Translations under genes and position numbers: made by a program | The notes under the pieces: generated by a model | What the model saw: only the letters and a program-made list of their open reading frames with translations | What the model was told of the DNA's origin: nothing | Databases searched by the model: none | Shown here: one piece after another, positions 28,210 to 40,935 of the stretch | Layout of the letters: each line of letters starts with the position of its first letter | How positions within the stretch are numbered: position 1 is the stretch's first letter | Origin: Piromyces finnis finn | Taxonomy: Eukaryota; Fungi; Neocallimastigomycota | Assembly (NCBI GenBank): GCA_002104945.1 | Contig: MCFH01000006.1 | Span: 1,054,001-1,118,000 of the forward strand | DNA: 64,000 nt | Reading direction: 5' to 3'

Positions 28210-30583
28210 CTATGATAAACGACTTCTTATAGATGGTTTTGTGCTACTAAAGCTATAATTACTTTTTCTTTTTTTATATTTATTATCATAATTATTATTA
28301 TATGAATAATTGTTGTTATTATTCTTATTATAATTAGATTTATTTGATTTATAATCATTCTTTTTATATGAATAATCTTTATAATAATCATTCGAATACT
28401 CTGAATCATCATAATAATCTTGATAACTTCTTTTTTTATTTTGGCTTTTTTTATAATTATAATCGCTATTATAGTTATAATCATCACTATTATTACGACT
28501 TCGACTTGAATTATGACTGTGACTGTGATTATGACTATGACTATGTTTATAGTTACTATTGTTATTATTATTATTATGAGTATAAGAATGTTCCTTTTTT
28601 AAACTAAAGCTCTTTTGTTTCTTTTTATCAAAATGCCATGCTTCAAGTTCTTCACTTGTTATTGGTTGTGGATCTTCATTATTAATACTTAATGCGGATA
28701 CCTTAAATACTTTATTATACCTTCTTTCCTCACATTCCTATTTAAATATTGTTATTAATATATTAATTTTATTACCATTTAATATATAAGGAATATTTAT
28801 TATAAATCGTACATCACCAAAATGGCCTTCTAACCCACAATTGTAACAAAATCTACGAATATTTGATTTATATTTCTAAAATATATATATATATTAAAAA
28901 TAATTTCAAAATAAATAAATATATATATATATATAATAAATGAAAATACTTACAGATGCATTTATATTTAAATTATATCTTCTCCATAAATATGGGCATT
29001 GCTATTAAATAATTAATAAAAATTTTTTATTAAAAAAGAAAATAAAAAAAAAGGAATTTAAATATTTAATAATTACCACTGTATTATGATACTCATAACA
29101 GAATTTACAATCTTGTTTTTGCCATAAATTTGGACAATCCTAAAATTTTAATATTTATATTAATATAAATTAATAGGATTGAATAAAAATAAAATAATTA
29201 GGATCAATATACTACTTACTCTTGATTGATGACCAATACATGCACCTTTATTTTTTATAAGCAATACATTAAATTTGACATATGAAAAATAAATTATTAA
29301 TATTTACTATATTAAATATTTCTTATTGAATAAATATAAATTTCATTACATTTCAAACAAGCATTACTATAAGGGCATTTTAATGGATCATGATTGTCTT
29401 TACAAATAGGGCATAAAGTTTTCTGATTTAGTTAAGAAATAGTAAAAAAAAATATATGCATTAGTTTATTTATTAATAGTAATTATATAAATAAAAATAA
29501 TATATATAAAAATAAATAAGGATAGTATTATTTATCAAAAGCTACCTTTTGATCACAATCAATAGATAAATGACCTGTTTGTCTACAAAAGTAGCAAACG
29601 ACTTCTTTTTTTGCTTGAGGAGCAAAATATCTGGTTGTACCTTTCTATTATTTATTATTTATTAATATAAAAAAATTGTTATTCCCGATATACTATAAAA
29701 AAAAAGTATTTTTATATATTTCTAAAACTTGCATTCCAAACTTCATTATTTATCAAAACATAAATATGCATAAATTTATTTTATAAATAAAATTTACTTT
29801 ATTATCTAAGTCTTCTTCAAAATTCTCATCAACTACTGGTGATGCTGTAACAGATTTTTGTTCATCAAAACTATTAGGAAGAATAACATGTGTTATATAA
29901 TCCATAGAATCATTATCACTTGCTTCTTTTTGTAAATTTTCAGACTCTTCCGTATCCTCAACAGTTGTTATATTATTTAATGGTTGATTAGTAAAATCTT
30001 CAAATACTTCAATTTTATCTTCACTAAAATTACTGTCAGTATTAGTAATACTATCTTGTTTTATATTATTTAATGAAGAATTTGATAATCCAATTTTAGA
30101 ATCTATTTCACTATCACTGTCATCATCTACTTTTTTAATATTATTACTAACATCCTCATCATTCTCATCATCATTTTCTTCTTCACTATCTAAATTATAT
30201 ATATTTGAAAGGTCAGATTTAGAAATTGATTTTGTTTTAGCTTCATTATATATTGGGGCTGGAATAACATTTGCTGAATTTATTACTTTTGGTTTTTGTA
30301 AATTATTCTTATTGTTATTATCTATTATCTCATTGTCATTTTCAACTACTTTTTTTGAATTTGATAAAGTATCTGAACTTAATTCATTTTTTCTATTTTG
30401 TGAAGAACTTTTCTCTTGTTGTTTGTTTCCTATTAAATCAGAGGAATAATGAATTGCCGAAAGTAATTTATCTTCAATTTCAGAATCAATTTCATCTTCT
30501 TCTCCACTTTCTTCTGCTGGATCTTTATATAATTCATCTTCATATTCCATTAAATCTCTGTCATATTCATCGTAATAATCCAT
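28210..30583 (-). CDS. Air1/Air2 (ZCCHC7)-like multi-zinc-knuckle protein (TRAMP complex), multi-exon
   Basis: Acidic N-terminal exon, then RYF...VVCYFCRQTGHLSIDC, LCPICKDNHDPLKCP, ACLKC...GHQS..CP, CKFCYEYHNT..CPYLWRRY, FCYNCGLEGHFGDEC, followed by an R/S/Y-rich tail ending ...IRSRLS*. Confidence 0.82.
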
Positions 30584-30851
30584 TTTTAATAATCTTATGA
30601 TTTTATATTCTTAAAAATAATAGTTTATTGAATGACTGATATTAATTTTTTATAATACTGCTAATGATAAAAATAAATTATTTTCTAATAATACTTTTAT
30701 ATAATTTATTTCTAGGAAATTTAATTCAAATATTAATTGTTATATAATATATAGTATATATAATAAAAAAATAATAATTCTTTCTTATATAAATTGCTTT
30801 TACATTAATTCATTTCTTATTATTTAATATTCATTTAAAAAAAAAATAAAA

Positions 30852-30882
<31 letters not shown>

Positions 30883-31545
30883 TGATTTTAAATTTTTATT
30901 CAATATGATTGGATTATATTGATATTTTGTAATACCTACTTTTTAAAAATTGTTATTTACATTCACATCAATTAATAAATAAATTAATAAATAAATCACT
31001 AATAATGATTAAATAAACTTGCCTTATCAATAATATAATATAATTAATAATTATAAAAATGCTTTTATTATCAAACATAATACAATAATAACATAATAAT
31101 AATACATGAATTAACAAATAATGATGTTCTTTTTTTTTTATTATTATTACTTTATTTTATTAATAATTTTTTTTTTTTTACTTTTTTACTTTATTTCTTT
31201 ATAAAAAAACAAGAAATTTTTAAATTTTTTATTTTCTTTTTGATTTTAAATATTAAAGCAAATAAATAAATAAATTGTATAAATTAGTTAATGTATATAT
31301 AATGTATAATATGCTTATGTAAATTAATATAGAGTAGTAGAATAATATAATAAAATAATCATTACTAACTGGTATATATAAAAACATCATTTAATAATTG
31401 TGTTTCTATAAATATATTTTTGAATAAATAAAATTATGAAATATAAATTAATAATATAAAAATTATTATTATATTTATTATATTTACTTTTTTTTTTTTT
31501 TTCGATTTTAATCTATTTTTAATTTGATATAAAAATTCTATTATT

Positions 31546-34500
31546 CTAAAAATTGGTTTTTTTTAAATTGTTTGCACGATAATAATGAATAGCGATGTTC
31601 AATATTAAATTAATAATAATCCATATTGGACTTAACCAAATATATGGGTATAATAATCCAGTAGCTACAGGTAATAATATAGCATGAATTAGTAAAATAT
31701 AAGCAATTGTTGTATATGAATAATTAATAATATATTTCGTTAAATGTAACAATTTGTTAATACATTGAGCATCATGATAAATTGTTGTAATTACTGAAGA
31801 ATCTAATGAAATATCATTTAAAATACCTAAACATAAACTATATCAAGTATAGTTAAAAAAAAAAAAAAAAGAGAGGAAATAATTAATATTAATTAAAAAA
31901 GGAAATAAATAATAAAAATTAAATTATTTCTATGAATAATTACCCAATATCTGCAGCTGAAAAAACATCAGAATCATTAATATTGGTTCCTATATAGGCA
32001 ACCATATTTCTTTTATTTTCATTTGTTCGACTTATTAATTGTTCATTATCACGTTCTTCCGGCGGTTCAACCTTTACTCTTCTTTCATTGTTATTTTTAT
32101 TTATTGAAACGCCTTGGAAATTATTAGTTTCTAATGATTTACGTGATGTGGAAGGAATTGGTGCTATAACATTATAATTTGAAAATACATTTGATGAATT
32201 ATAAGGATTAAATGGATCATAGTGACGACTTTCTTGTTGATACACTTTATATTCGTTTAATTCGCGATCAAAACTTGAATTCGTAAATTTAAAACTCGAA
32301 TTCATATTCTTATTACTTTTAGAATGAAAATCATAATTGGTTTGAAGCCAGGTAATTTTTTCCCTTTTTTCACTTGGAAAAGTATTGTAAAAGCAATGAT
32401 TTTCATCGATACCTATTTGCTTGGCAATACTAACTGTTGATTTTTCATTATCATTGGAAAGTAACCATGGCTCAATATGATATTGCTCCTTTAAACATTG
32501 GATTAATGATTTAGTTCCATCACGAACATTGTCATGAATACTAAGCATACCAACAATTGTTTTGTTAATTGCAACATAAAGAACAGAATAACCATACTCT
32601 GTCCATACTGCAAGACGAGATTGATCAATTGATGATAGGCATTTCTGTTTAATCATCCACTTTTCACAACCAACATAAACATCAATTATATCATTGGAAT
32701 AACATGACCGAATTTTTGCCATAATATTATAACCCTCTGTTTCATGATAATAAAGAACATTCCATGATACCAATGTTTTATCAGGAATCGACATTTCTAC
32801 CTTTTTAATGTAATTCCTAATACATTTGGCATATACATTAGAAGAATAGGATTCAAGAGATTTTAAAATGCCATAAAATGCCTCATCTTTACCATACTGA
32901 CTAAAGTTTTTATCAATCACAACTTCGACAATACTTGGATTACCATTGGTAATTACCTGATCCTTATCAAATACAACAATATCTAATTGACTCAATTTCT
33001 TAAAAGTTAAGGCATCATCTTTAATTAAAATTCCATATTTCATGGCTATCTTTGAAGCTATCGAAATAACAATTGGGAATGTGAATTCAATAGTAAACGG
33101 AAATGCGATAATTATAACACTCAACGAAAAGACTAAACCAAATTCAACTCTATAATGATTTTTTACAGATTCGTCTTTAAAGTATGCGTTATCACTATCA
33201 AAACTACCAAAAGTCCAGACGAGTAACGTAAATATAGAAATCACAAAAATTGCAGGAATTAAATATTTATAAATACAATCAGTAAAAATATGAAATGAGC
33301 TTTTGGAAAGTTGAACATCTTCAATAAAATTAATCATGGAATAAAATGCACAATCATTAGTTGCATCCAAAATTTTTACATAAATTGAAGATTCTATATT
33401 CATTGCACCAGAAACAACACGATCCATTACAGATTTAATAACTGGTTTTGTGTTTCCACTTATCATGGATTCATCTAATTTTGTTTTACCATAGACAATA
33501 GATCCATTATATGGAACACGATTTCCTGGAAGTATTTTAATTATATCACCTTCCTTCAATTCATTAACATCAACAATAGTTTCAATCCATTCTTTTTTCA
33601 ATGATTTCTCATCAATTGTATTACAATTAGAAAGTGTTGGATCAAGAGGAGTTATTAAAACCGCTTTTTTCATTTTTAAATGCATAAACTGTGAAATATT
33701 ATCTATAGTATTTTGTCTCGTGGAAAGTTCTAAAAGTTTACATACAAAATAGCATGTAATGAATAAAGATGACGTTCCGAAATATTCATGATAAACATGA
33801 ACATTTTCATATGTGTTTTTATTTGTGTATAATTGAAGAAGTCGTATAAATATGCAAAGTGTTGAATAAATCCATATAATCCATGATATTAAACTTAAAA
33901 TGACAACACGACTTAAATAATTCCTTTTTTTCTTATTTAAATGTATTGAATCATCTAAATTATTTTTTTGATCATCAGAATATTGTAATTTCGTAAAATT
34001 ATTAACATTTTCGTTTGAATAATGGCATTCACACTTATTAGATTTAATGATTTGATATGTTTTAGTATGGATTTCAGAACCAAAATAAAATTGGACAGGG
34101 AGAGATAAAAGGAAAACTAAAATGCATTCAATATGAATATTTAATCTCAAATACACATTATTGGTAGCATGATTTACCCATTCAAAAAAATAAGGTGTAA
34201 TAAAACTAATAATAGTAAATATACTACACATTCTAAAAAATCTTTCAATTTTTGAATAAACTATAAAGCGTTTATCCATTATATCGCTAGACCTCTTTTC
34301 GATCTTATTTCTTAATTCAATATAATTAATATTTCTATTACTACTATTTGATATTTCTAAATTATCATTACTATTTCCAATATATTCAGTAATAGAAGAG
34401 GATGAATTTAATGAGTTTGCATAATTTGTTGTTAAGAAACAATTAGTATCATCTGAATCAGAATTATAACAGATTTCTGTTTTTTCTCCTTCATCTTGTT

Positions 34501-36034
34501 CTATTGATATTAAAGTATTACTATTTTTACATTTTTCAATAAAGGATGTATCTTGTTTACTAGTATATATATTAAATGGATTATTAAGTACTGATTTTTC
34601 TTCCTCTTTTGTAAGGCAGCGAAAAGAATCAGACATGGTATAAACATCAAAATTATAGGATTTCATTTCATTTATAATATCTTTAATCGTAATTTGATAT
34701 GAATTATAAATTATTGTTAAATATCTATTTTGAAAGTCAAATTTTAATGGATATTTAATTCCCGGAATTTTCAATAATCTAGATTCTATATAGGTTGCTT
34801 CCGATGCTCTATTTAATTTTGGTAATAAAAATGTTATTGAATGTAATAAAATTTTAAGATTATAATCATTATTATCTATATCATTTATTTGCTCTTTGTT
34901 AATTTTTTCCTTATAACTTAATGGTAAAAATTCTGTTTGAATTTTATTTATAGATATATTTATTTTATTTAATATAGTTTTAATGTCATCAAAAATAAAA
35001 CTTTCTACAGATTCATGATACTGGAAAATCATTGAAAAATTATATATTTCTTTACTGGAATAATTGTCCGCAAATATATCATTTATTAATCCGTAGGATG
35101 GTTGTTTTACAAATTGTAAAGAATGAATGTCAAGCTGATCAAATAAATATCGGCAAAAATAACATTTTAACCATTGGATACAACTTTGACATTCCGGATG
35201 ATACATTCCAAAAGTTATACTTTTATCATTAACTTTTGCATTTTTATCATAACTTAATTCAATATATGCACTTTTATTATATGTGTTATTATATTTTGAA
35301 CTAGTTTGTATCATTTCATTATTTTCTTTGTTTCTTGACGAATATATATAATCTTTTATAGCATTATCATTTTTATTACTGCAATCAATTTCCTGATTCT
35401 CATAAGTTGTTGTACTAATTTTCGTATTAGTTTTATTAGCTTGAATTACTTTAATGAAAGGAGAGTGAATAGTTTCCTTAATTTTTAATCCATTTTTTAA
35501 AATTACATTTTTAATTAGTATATAATTTGTAAAATCTGGATTATATTTCACTTTGATTTGATTTGTTAATAAGGATACATGAACACTTGATTCAATTGAT
35601 GGTGATATATAATATAATGGGTTTAATAATGGATAATTATTAATATCACTTATATCATCAAAGGAATTTTCGATTTCTTTTTTAAAAATTTTTTCATTTT
35701 CAAATAAAATAAGATTTCCTTGTTCAATTTTATTATTTATATTGTTGTTGTTATAATGATATTGATATTCAGTAAAATCATCTTCATTTCCTATTCCTGG
35801 AATAGAATATAATTGTTTTTTCAAATATTCTAATTTTTCGTGAGGAAAGCATTTTAATTCATTATTATCAAAATTAAAGGTTACATATTTTATCTTCCAA
35901 ACAGGTCTAATTCCTGAATTATTTTGACTTTTGAAATTATTTAATTCATTTTTATTTTTTTTGTAATTCTTTATTTTGGTATTAAATATGAAATTAAATT
36001 TTGGAACATCATTATGGCATATATGATATTCCAT
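31546..36034 (-). CDS. P1B-1 (Cu-type, CCC2/ATP7-like) P-type ATPase homologue with degenerate catalytic and metal-binding motifs; large exon ~36034-31942 plus terminal exon ~31828-31546
   Basis: Domain order (HMA-like repeats, TM helices, A-domain GDIIKILPG..LDESMISG, M4, P-domain VVFDK, N-domain, YIGTNINDS..AADIG, M5/M6 LPVATGLLYP) matches CopA/CCC2. The 5' start is uncertain. Confidence 0.88.
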
Positions 36035-38224
36035 TTTAAAAAAATCTAAATAAAATTTAATAAAGAAAAATATTAACAACTGTAGCTCAAATTAAATCAA
36101 AAAAAAAATATATAAAAATTATATACCTTTATCCAAATTTCAAATATAATATAATAGTAAACTTGTATAAATAAATGGAAGAACAAAATTAATTAATTAA
36201 AATATTTTTAATATTTATAAATTCCTGTATGGACAATTCTTTTGATTTTTTTATATACATATATAATACTACCACACTAAATTGAATATAAGTGTGTATT
36301 AGTATATATATCAATGAATATAAAAATATATTGATATAATTATTAAAAATCGAAAAAAAAAAAAAAAAAAAGAAAAGAAAAAAAAAAGGGAATAATTTAA
36401 AAATCAGATTTCGAGATTAATAAAACTAATATTCTTCTATTATTGTATATTTTACACTTTATATATATAATTTGCTGAATTTTCTCGAGTATTCTTTTGT
36501 TTGTTTTTTTTTTTTTTTTTTGTTGTTGTTGTTGTTGTTGTTGTTGTTTTCTTTGAATTATTTTTATTATTTTTTATTAGTTATTCTTTAAATTACTAGA
36601 ATTAATTAATTTATAATAATTATATCATATTATACTCATTTAACCTTTATAGTTGTTTTTATTGTTGTTGTTATTATTTTTTTTTTCAATTTTTTTGTAT
36701 TTTATATTTTTAATTATAATTATTATTTTATTTTTATTTCTATTTTTTTTTACTTATTTTAATTTTTTTTAAAGTATATTGTTAAAAATGATATATTTAT
36801 TGATAATTAGTTATTATATTAATTCTTTTATTATTTAAAATAAACTATTTCTACTACTTTTAGTGGTATTATTGTTTTACTTTAATGTTTCATTTTCATA
36901 TTTTAAAAAAAAATGATTTTTATTACTTCTACTTCATATTTTATTGCCAAACTCTCTCTATCTTTCAATTTTTTATATTAAATTTCATTATTTTTTAAAT
37001 ATTTATAAAAAAAAAAGATTAAATATATAAAATTACAATGAATATGTGTTTTTAAAATTGAAAAGAAAGAAAGAAAAAAAAAAAGTAATATAAGTAAAGA
37101 AACTTTAATTTTACTTATAAACTATCTATTAATCTTTAAAGTTTAAGGGCCTTTTTATTTTTTTATATTAGCTAATTAGCAATAAAAATTGAAATATAAC
37201 ATTATAAAATTTCAAATAAATTATTTAATATATTATATTTATTTTTAATTTAAATGTTCATATATTAAATTGCTGCTTTATTATATATTATCTTTGATTC
37301 ACAAATTTGTTTTTTTTAATAATAAATAAGATTTTATTTTAAAAAAAAAAGGTTTATCAATTATAAGTTTATCTTAAACTAATGAAATGAAAAATTTAAA
37401 AAAAAAATAAAAAATTAATACAAAAAAAAATATAAAATTTATAATTTTTTTTTTTTTTTGATAAAAAAAAATTTGATTATCTTTCTAATAATAATAACAT
37501 TTTCTAAAAAAGATTATTTATCCATTAAATAATTTATTCATTCATTTAAATATATAATATTATTATCATTCTTTTTTTTTTTTATTTAATAAAATGATAA
37601 CCTATTTTTATTCATACTTTATGATTTAACAATAATTAATAAACAATATTTTATATTTAAATGATTAATATAATCTAATAATCTACTATTAGTGATTATG
37701 TAAAATAAAAAAAGATTGAAAATAATCCAAAAAATTAAATAATTTTCTTTTTCTTCATCTTTTTTTCTCAAAATCTATTTCGGTTTTTTTTTTTTTAATA
37801 TTCATAATTTTTTTAATTATACTATCTTATAAAGTAAAAGCTCTCTATATTATCATCTTTTTACTTTTTTATCTATCATCTTTTCAAAATTCATTTTATC
37901 TATCATTTAATGTATGGAATTGTAGATAAAAAAAATTTTTTAAAAGAATAAAATTTAACTATTGCCTATAGATAATAATATTATTTATACTATTTATACC
38001 ATGTACATATTTAAGTTGACGTATTAGTATTGTTTGTAAATATATTGTAATGTATTGTAATGTAAATGTATTTAATATTTTAAGAAAATATATAATATTA
38101 TATAACAGTATATTTTTGTTATTGTTGATGTATGTTAGTAATAATTATAGTATCTTTTATTAATTTTGATAATATCTTATTAATTGTAATACAGTAATTA
38201 TAATATTTGTTATTATTAATATAT

Positions 38225-38400
38225 ATTTACTACTTATTTATTTATTTATTTATGGATTTATTTATTTATTTATTTATTTATGAATTTATTTATTTATTTA
38301 TTTATGAATTTATTTATGGATTTATTTATGGATTTATTTATTTATGGATTTATGGATTTATTTATGAATTTATGGATTTATTTTATTGTAAAAAAATTTT
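38225..38400. repeat. Compound (TTTA)n repeat interspersed with TGGA/TGAA units
   Basis: tttatggatttatttatgaatttat... repeated. It explains the spurious ORF 38207-38416. Confidence 0.8.
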
Positions 38401-39240
38401 GAATTATAAAATTTAAAAATTAAATACTTTTTAATCTTTAAATATTAATATGGATGGATAATAATTAATTTAAATTTTTTCTTCTTTTCTTAAACCACAA
38501 AAGCTACTTGTTAATTTTTAAAAGAAAAAGCATTTATTTCATATAGTTTTGAAAATATTATTTCTTTTTTTATTATTTTTAGGATATTACACCATAAATA
38601 CCAACTTTAATACTATAATAAATATATATAATGTTTATTACAGAATATATATTACACAAAACTTTTTTTAAAACACAAATATGTTGGTGTTTTCATCTTA
38701 ATTATGTTTATTTCTAAAAATTAAATATAATAAAAATTGAATTATTTATTATGACATCATTATTAGTCATGTAATAACTTTTTAATGCATAGACATTGTT
38801 TAATAAAATATGAACATAATTTAATGTAGAATGTTGTGTTAATAGATTTATAAGCCACATTATATTATATCAATGTAATTAAGATATATTATTGTTTATA
38901 AAATAAATAATATATTTATTAAAAAAATTAATGTATATCATGTGATATCATAAATATATCTGGATAGTATTATTATATTAAATTCTAATGATGAGATAAA
39001 ATATGATTTATTTTTCATTTTACTCTTTTTCTTTATGAATGGTTTTTCATTCATATTTATAATTACTATTAAATAAACATTTACCAAATTTATTCGCATA
39101 ATTGTTTTTTTACTAAGCAAAGAAAAATGAGTACTTTTACATTTCTTTTATTAATTATTTTTAATTAATTATTATTTTGTTTCACTTTCATATTTAATAA
39201 TAATAGCAAACTTCAACTTCATCATTTTAAATTTTATTCC

Positions 39241-39276
<36 letters not shown>

Positions 39277-40935
39277 ACAATTATATTAATGAATATTCTA
39301 TATATTTATCTTTTTTAATCAACTAAATATTATTTTATCTACATAATATGATTCATTTATTAAATCCAAGAATATATATATGTTATTTATAAATATATAT
39401 ATATACTTTATATGATTTCTTAATATAAATTAAAATTATAGTTGATTATCATATTAATAATTTACATAAGAATTTTACATTATATAACTCAAAATTAGGT
39501 AATTACTTTTTACTGTATTAATGTCAAACATTATGACTACGAAAAAGTCTATAGATTTTGAAATTATTTAAATAAAGTAGAAAACAAAATAATAATACAT
39601 ATAGATAGATAGATATAGATATGGATATCTTATTAATTATACTAGAAAAAGTCAAATATATAATTGTATTTAATAAAAAAACAAAGTAATATAATAAAAA
39701 TTAATCTACATTTTTTTAGATTTGAATACATAAAAAGCTAACTTCCTTCAATATTTATAGATTATTAAATAACAGTAATAAAAATACTTAAAAACTCTGC
39801 CTCATAAAAGCAAATTAATACTATACTAAAACTTTTACTTTAAATATTAAATTTCTTTTTTATAAAATAATTTAAAATATTTAATATCATTTAATATTTT
39901 CATTCACTTAGAATGCAAACCCTGTTATGAATTAAACATCTTTTTCATTAATATTTATTATATAATTGAGATTATTAAAAATGAATATAATATGATTCAT
40001 TTTTAAATAGTTTATATAGAAATATCATAATAATAATTATTATTATTATTTTTAATTATTATTCTTTAATTCATTATTACCATTAATATTTAGTAATGAT
40101 TAATTTAATAATTACTATTTTAAAAAAAAAAGATTAATACATTTGTGGTGTTACTATTAACTATTAATCTATTTATATTAAAAATTTTATTAAATGTATG
40201 TATGTAATAACTTTATTTTCAATTCATACTAATATTTTAAAAAAAATAATATATTAAATTAATTTAATTTACAATATACCAACTGGAATTTTTTATTTCA
40301 TATGAATAATAATTAAAGTTAAATTTCTGTAATTTTATTAAATAATAATAACACAAAAAAAAACAATATAATTTTTAATTTATAAATTAAATTTTTTAAA
40401 AATGGAAAGAAAAAAATAATTATAAAAACTCTAATTATTAATAAATATTATATGTATTTAGTTTTTAAGTAAAAAAAATTTTATGGAATATTAAAAATAT
40501 ATTATTATTTTGCAATATTCAATATATGAAAACAATAGAATTAAAATATATTATTATTAGTGTTTTACAAAAAAACAACCCTTTAATTTTTTTTATACCT
40601 AAAAGGTCAATAAAACTATATTAACTATTAATTATGAGTAAATTTTCATTAAATGAGTAATAAATATGAATTATTCAGCAATTAAATAATTAAGAATTTG
40701 ATTTTAATTAATTTAATTTTTTATTTTTACTATAAAATCTCAAGATTTTTCTCTAATTTTATTTTGTTTTTTTTTATTAAACTGTATAAAATTATTTAGT
40801 ATTATTTCTGGAAAATAATATCTAAAAGAATTTTTTTAAACTTAAAGTTTTAATTAAAATAAATTAGTTAAACACTAAAACAATTATCATTTTTATTATT
40901 GAATAATAATTTTTTGTTTTTGTTTATTAAAGAAA

